A stretch of DNA of 36,717 nt. It comes from a virus. Its lineage: Duplodnaviria > Caudoviricetes. The DNA is taken from IMG/VR virus record IMGVR_UViG_3300040985_000803, positions 1 through 36,717 of that record, one strand, 5' to 3'. The notes under the pieces were generated by a model that ran no database searches, was not told the DNA's origin, and saw only the letters and a list, made by a program, of their open reading frames with translations. Every line of letters starts with the position of its first letter. Positions within the stretch are counted from its first letter, which is position 1. Below are positions 32,656 through 36,717 of the stretch, piece after piece. The translations under genes were made by a program, and so were the position numbers.

Positions 32656-34712
32656 GCGAGGAAAAGCAGCGCGTAGCACCGCCGGGTGTTGATTGGACGA
32701 AGAGCGCCCCTATTGCGGGGACACCCGACGTTCCTGATGCGCCCATCGCGCAACATAAGCGCGTTGTCTCTAAAGGGATTGATTGGACGAAGCCCAGTGG
32801 GGCAGCTCTAAAGCCTCGCACCATCCCTGAAGAGCTTCTCCCTGGTCAGGGCGCAGACATTAGCACCATCATAAAGGGGTCATTCTCCGGCAGCTACCCG
32901 GAAACCATCAATTACTACGCTCGCGATATGTACCCAGATGAGCCCGTAGAGCAGGCTGAGAAGCGTTTCGGGGTGAAGGGTGACATCATCTACCATATCC
33001 CCGACCTATCGAGGCCTGACAAGGCTTACGCGGTCGCTCCGGGCATGAAGGCTATTGCTGGTGGCGTAGGTCCATCTCTGCCTGTGATGGCGAGCACGGC
33101 GGCGACAGTAGCCGGTGGGCCACTCATCAAGGGTGCCTTGAGGCTTGCAGGCGTGATGGGTGCCGGCGCGACCGCTGGCGGGCTTGCAGAGGCAGCAAGG
33201 CAAAAGTTCGGCGATTACTTAATGAACAGCCCAGAGCGGTATCGCTCTATTGCCAAGGGTCCGGTCGTTCGTGAGGTGACATACGGCGGAGCAGGCGCGG
33301 TGCCTGGACCTGCCACTGTGAAGTACGCGGAGCGAGCAGCGGCGCGGGACATTGCAAAGATGGAGTCCGCAGAGACGGGGCGGGCGTATTCAGATGCGGC
33401 ACATGACGGCATCCCCATTACGGCGCCGGAGGCTACCGGCCTGCCAAGTTTAATGGCGACACAGAAACGGTTGAGCCAGCGCGTCTCAACGATGGACAAG
33501 GCGGCGGCGTTTTACGAGAACCGGCAGACGGCGATTGCTGATGCATGGGACCGTATGCTTGCGAAGATCCACCCGTCTGGAGACATTGACGCCCTTGGTA
33601 AGAAGGCAAAGGAAACCGCTGTAAAAATCATCGACGGGGTGATGGAGAAGCGCACGCTCGCCGCTCGGGAGAGTTACGGGAAGGTTGTAAGGCCTGGGAG
33701 CACCGCGCCTGAAATGCCGATGGATCAATATGTGGTTGATACAATCGCAGAACTCCGCAAAGACCCACTGAAGGGCAGGAGACTAGCAGGCTTGCCTGAC
33801 AATGACATCGTGGTCATCGACGCTGTCGGGAAAGACTTGCGTCGGCAGGCGAAGGCGGCAGCCAAGGAAGGTGATAACGAGCTGTCCGGGATTCTCACCA
33901 GCATACGTGATGGCCTGATCGGCAGAGGGAGTGCGGTAGATAGAGCGTTCCCCGAGTACCTCCCCGCTCGGCAAGAGTTCGCGAACCTCAGTAAAGAGGT
34001 CGAAGATATGGCGGGCAGCATCATTACGTCCTTATCAAAGGTCAAAGACACGGACCTAATGAAGGTTGGTATGGAAGTTCTCGACCCGTCTCGGAGGACG
34101 CCGGAGCTTGTGTCAAGGGCGCGGAGGCAGATCAGCGCGGTTTCATCAGAGGCGTGGGACGGTATTGTGAAGATCCTCATGCACACGCAGAGCCGCGCCG
34201 CGAGCAAGGAAAGGGCAACGGGCATGTCTCTTGGGGGCAAGCTGTATTATAAGTTCATGGGAGACCCGTTCATGCGGAAAACCCTGAACAGTGCGATGGA
34301 TATGTCCCGCTGGACGCACTTCAAGCGTTTTATGGACACCCTCAAAAGAACATCAAAGGTAAAGCCGTTTGGTTCGGATACTTCCATGAACCTCGCCGCG
34401 AACAAGGAAGCCGAAGGGAAAGCGGCGACCTTCGTTGGTAAGACATTGGGGTTTGTCGGATCTCCACATAATTGGGGGCGCATGGCTGATGATTGGATGA
34501 CGGCACGCCGATTGGTGAAGGAAGACGAGAAAATGGCAGAGCTTATTTTCGACGGCGCGTCAGACCCTACAGTGTTGAAGGCCATGAAAGAGTTGCGGAA
34601 AGTTTCCCCGAACAGCTCGCGGTTCCGTATGCTGTTGGGTGCCGCACTGACCAGGGTTGTCGAGCAAGGCGAGAAACAGTTAACTAAAGAAGACATCCAA
34701 CCGGAGCGATGA
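32652..34712 (+). CDS. Large DNA ejection (internal virion) protein
   Basis: 686 aa; Gly/Ala hydrophobic stretch then helical basic region; duplicated G(V/I)DWTK N-terminal motif. Confidence 0.7.
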   Translation: MSEEKQRVAPPGVDWTKSAPIAGTPDVPDAPIAQHKRVVSKGIDWTKPSGAALKPRTIPEELLPGQGADISTIIKGSFSGSYPETINYYARDMYPDEPVEQAEKRFGVKGDIIYHIPDLSRPDKAYAVAPGMKAIAGGVGPSLPVMASTAATVAGGPLIKGALRLAGVMGAGATAGGLAEAARQKFGDYLMNSPERYRSIAKGPVVREVTYGGAGAVPGPATVKYAERAAARDIAKMESAETGRAYSDAAHDGIPITAPEATGLPSLMATQKRLSQRVSTMDKAAAFYENRQTAIADAWDRMLAKIHPSGDIDALGKKAKETAVKIIDGVMEKRTLAARESYGKVVRPGSTAPEMPMDQYVVDTIAELRKDPLKGRRLAGLPDNDIVVIDAVGKDLRRQAKAAAKEGDNELSGILTSIRDGLIGRGSAVDRAFPEYLPARQEFANLSKEVEDMAGSIITSLSKVKDTDLMKVGMEVLDPSRRTPELVSRARRQISAVSSEAWDGIVKILMHTQSRAASKERATGMSLGGKLYYKFMGDPFMRKTLNSAMDMSRWTHFKRFMDTLKRTSKVKPFGSDTSMNLAANKEAEGKAATFVGKTLGFVGSPHNWGRMADDWMTARRLVKEDEKMAELIFDGASDPTVLKAMKELRKVSPNSSRFRMLLGAALTRVVEQGEKQLTKEDIQPER

Positions 34713-34713
34713 C

Positions 34714-35619
34714 ATGAGCGAGCTTAAAGACCTGGACGTAGTCGATGCCAACAACAATGACGCATCGTTTGGTTTCCCGGAGAATATGAATCCGTCAGAT
34801 GTTAATGACAACATGAGGGCGATTCTCGGTGCCATCGCGCGCGATTTCAACGACCGGAACGGAACCCTTGTGTCTGCCGGCACGGCGCCGACGTGGACGG
34901 TTGCTGCGCCGAACGTCAGCCTCTCGACTTCTTATTCGGACGGTCAGGTGTTCGTTTTTGCGGCGCATGAGATCAGCGGCAATAGCACAACGCTGAACAT
35001 TGAATCGAAGGGTGCCAAGCCTGTGTTCAAGCCTGGGGGCGCGACAACGGTTTCGTCTTCGGATATTTTAGCAAATCAGCTTGTCGCGGTCGCGTTCGAT
35101 CAAACGATTGATGGCTGGCAGATGCTCTCTCCGATAGCGTGGGCCGTTCCGTTTGTCGGCGACGTTGTTGGCCCAGGTTCTGCCACGGCAGACAGCTTGG
35201 CCCGGTTCGACGGGACGACAGGCAAGCTTTTGAAGGATGGCGCCGTCATTGGGACGGACGTTCAGGCATATGATGCTGACACGCTCAAGTCCGACACTTC
35301 AGACACGCTTACGGTCGGTATGCTTGGTTCGTCTTACAGTCTTGGCAACCTAAACGGCGCGACGACGTTGTCTATTGCGAACGGGAATATCCAGCACGCG
35401 ACGATGACCGGGTCATTTACGCTGACGGCACCGAATGATGCTGACGATGGATACGTGGAGGTCGAGTTCACCATTAACGCAACCGGCGGCTACACGCTGA
35501 CGCTGTCGGGGTTCAATGAGGTATCAGGAACGGCAGTGATGACGGCGAATACTGTCAACATCCTTCGCATCTCAAAACTGAACACAAACACTTATATTGA
35601 AATAACCCAGGCGGTGTAA
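34714..35619 (+). CDS. Tail fiber protein
   Basis: E.M.PS.VND..R head-binding-like N-terminus; GDVVGP.SAT...LARFDGTTGKLL and IGTDVQAYDA fiber motifs. Confidence 0.8.
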   Translation: MSELKDLDVVDANNNDASFGFPENMNPSDVNDNMRAILGAIARDFNDRNGTLVSAGTAPTWTVAAPNVSLSTSYSDGQVFVFAAHEISGNSTTLNIESKGAKPVFKPGGATTVSSSDILANQLVAVAFDQTIDGWQMLSPIAWAVPFVGDVVGPGSATADSLARFDGTTGKLLKDGAVIGTDVQAYDADTLKSDTSDTLTVGMLGSSYSLGNLNGATTLSIANGNIQHATMTGSFTLTAPNDADDGYVEVEFTINATGGYTLTLSGFNEVSGTAVMTANTVNILRISKLNTNTYIEITQAV

Positions 35620-35621
35620 TT

Positions 35622-36104
35622 ATGGCTCTAGCATTTTGGAATAACGGTTCACCGAGGGTCATTCGCGGGAGGAAGGTCAATCTCCCGAATGGTGACGTGG
35701 TTATGAATCCGCAGCCTGACCCCGACAATGACGTATACGAGTACGTCGAGGCTGGAGGTAAGGCGGGTCGGTTCGAGCGGTCAACCGGCGTCTCATACGA
35801 CAACGACGGCTGGACAATCACTGCCACGTACACGAAGGCATATGTCGATGTTGCGGACATCCGCGCTCAAAAGGCGGCTGACGCGAAAGTGAGTGCGGCG
35901 GCGTTATTGTCGAAGGACGATTGGCAGACGATCCGCCAAATGGAAGACCCTGGAAAGCCATCTGCGCCCGCCGTGAAGCAGTGGCGCAAGGACATCAGGC
36001 GGGCTTCTGATGACTTTGAGGTCGCGCTCGATGCGGAGACGGATGCAGGGACGCTGGCTGGCATGCAGCCGACGTGGCCTGAAGACCCGAGGGACGCTGA
36101 ATGA
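35622..36104 (+). CDS. Tail fiber assembly chaperone-like protein
   Basis: LL...DW...R...........R..IR, WP..P C-terminus. Confidence 0.7.
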   Translation: MALAFWNNGSPRVIRGRKVNLPNGDVVMNPQPDPDNDVYEYVEAGGKAGRFERSTGVSYDNDGWTITATYTKAYVDVADIRAQKAADAKVSAAALLSKDDWQTIRQMEDPGKPSAPAVKQWRKDIRRASDDFEVALDAETDAGTLAGMQPTWPEDPRDAE

Positions 36105-36717
36105 CCATTCTCCTGAGACCTTTCCGCCCTCGTGGCTACGTCATCGAAGGCTCTGGTGATTATGAGGCTTCAGAGTCCGATAAGATGACAAAAACACAAA
36201 GTGGGGATCGCCGTCTTTTTACGTTCTCGTCTTTTATACGTGCTGAGACGGTGGGTATTATTCAGCGGTTCTGTTCGGGGAATGGGGCTGAAACGTCGTT
36301 TTATGTGGATGCATCCAATCGAATAACGATCAACCTTTCGAGCAGCGCGTATGGCGCGACATTTACGAACACAATCTCTGTTGCAACATGGCACCACGTC
36401 TTGATGCAGATAGATACAGCCAACCAAATCACAGATGCTTATCTTGATGGTGTCAAATGTACAGTGTCGTCTGGGAATACAGTGCCGGTTGATTTTGATA
36501 CAGGCTTCAATGATGGAGGGACTAATTACCTCGGCGTTCGATATGACGGTGCCGCTCATTATTTCGATGGATTAATGTCTGAAACGTATTGGATTAGCGG
36601 ACAAAAGCTGCCTTACACAGATTTTATGGACTCTGGGAATGCTATTGAGTTTGCTGGTTCTTTTGGGGCGAACGACTCATACCTGCGCTATCAAAACAGC
36701 GGTGATCTTGGAGAGGA
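36101..36717 (+). CDS. LamG/ConA-like lectin-domain tail (receptor-binding) protein; continues across the junction to nt 170 (about 228 aa)
   Basis: ATGA overlap at 36101; open frame to the window end; WHHV...D......Y.DG, YFDG.MSE motifs; absent from the ORF track because it crosses the end. Confidence 0.8.
   Translation, partial: MTILLRPFRPRGYVIEGSGDYEASESDKMTKTQSGDRRLFTFSSFIRAETVGIIQRFCSGNGAETSFYVDASNRITINLSSSAYGATFTNTISVATWHHVLMQIDTANQITDAYLDGVKCTVSSGNTVPVDFDTGFNDGGTNYLGVRYDGAAHYFDGLMSETYWISGQKLPYTDFMDSGNAIEFAGSFGANDSYLRYQNSGDLGE
36620..36717. repeat. Terminal direct repeat, right copy
   Basis: Identical to 3-100. Confidence 0.95.

Noticed and set aside
36101-36717. Diversity-generating retroelement or invertible tail cassette
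   Set aside because: No reverse transcriptase, template/variable repeat pair or invertase seen; the only long repeat is the terminal overlap
1-36717. CRISPR arrays, rRNA genes, IS elements
   Set aside because: No regularly spaced repeats, rRNA signatures or transposase ORFs seen by eye

Overview
The window looks like a complete, circularly permuted ~36.6-kb podovirus-like (P22-type portal/ejection-protein architecture) dsDNA phage genome. A 98-bp terminal direct repeat (3-100 = 36620-36717) joins the ends inside a LamG-like tail gene. The SSB and accessory genes suggest an alphaproteobacterial host (inference). Gene order: lysis genes (272-2101); an apparently captured XRE plus truncated ImmA/IrrE fragment (~2105-2716); a leftward early operon (ERF recombinase, SSB, NUMOD4-HNH, small ORFs); a divergent switch with a Cro-like gene but no CI and no recognisable integrase; a rightward early operon (NinG, adenine MTase, C5 MTase with a nested beta-subunit ORF, replication initiator with origin); and a late operon (ParB-MTase, terminase, portal, scaffold, capsid, head-tail, ejection and tail proteins). 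The best candidate for an undescribed system is a four-enzyme cassette inside the head-assembly module, directly after a Ser/Thr-rich capsid decoration-like gene: a FlmG-like TPR glycosyltransferase, a SAM methyltransferase, a radical-SAM/SPASM enzyme and a GT-A glycosyltransferase. I propose it is a virion glycosylation and glycan-tailoring pathway. Other notable signals: tandem mini-pseudoknots before the scaffold and capsid genes, a repeated TTAGC-N5-(G/C)CTAA operator, CCUCC-loop hairpins and an ADP-ribosyltransferase remnant after the portal. Family assignments come from motif recognition by eye; no database searches were run.
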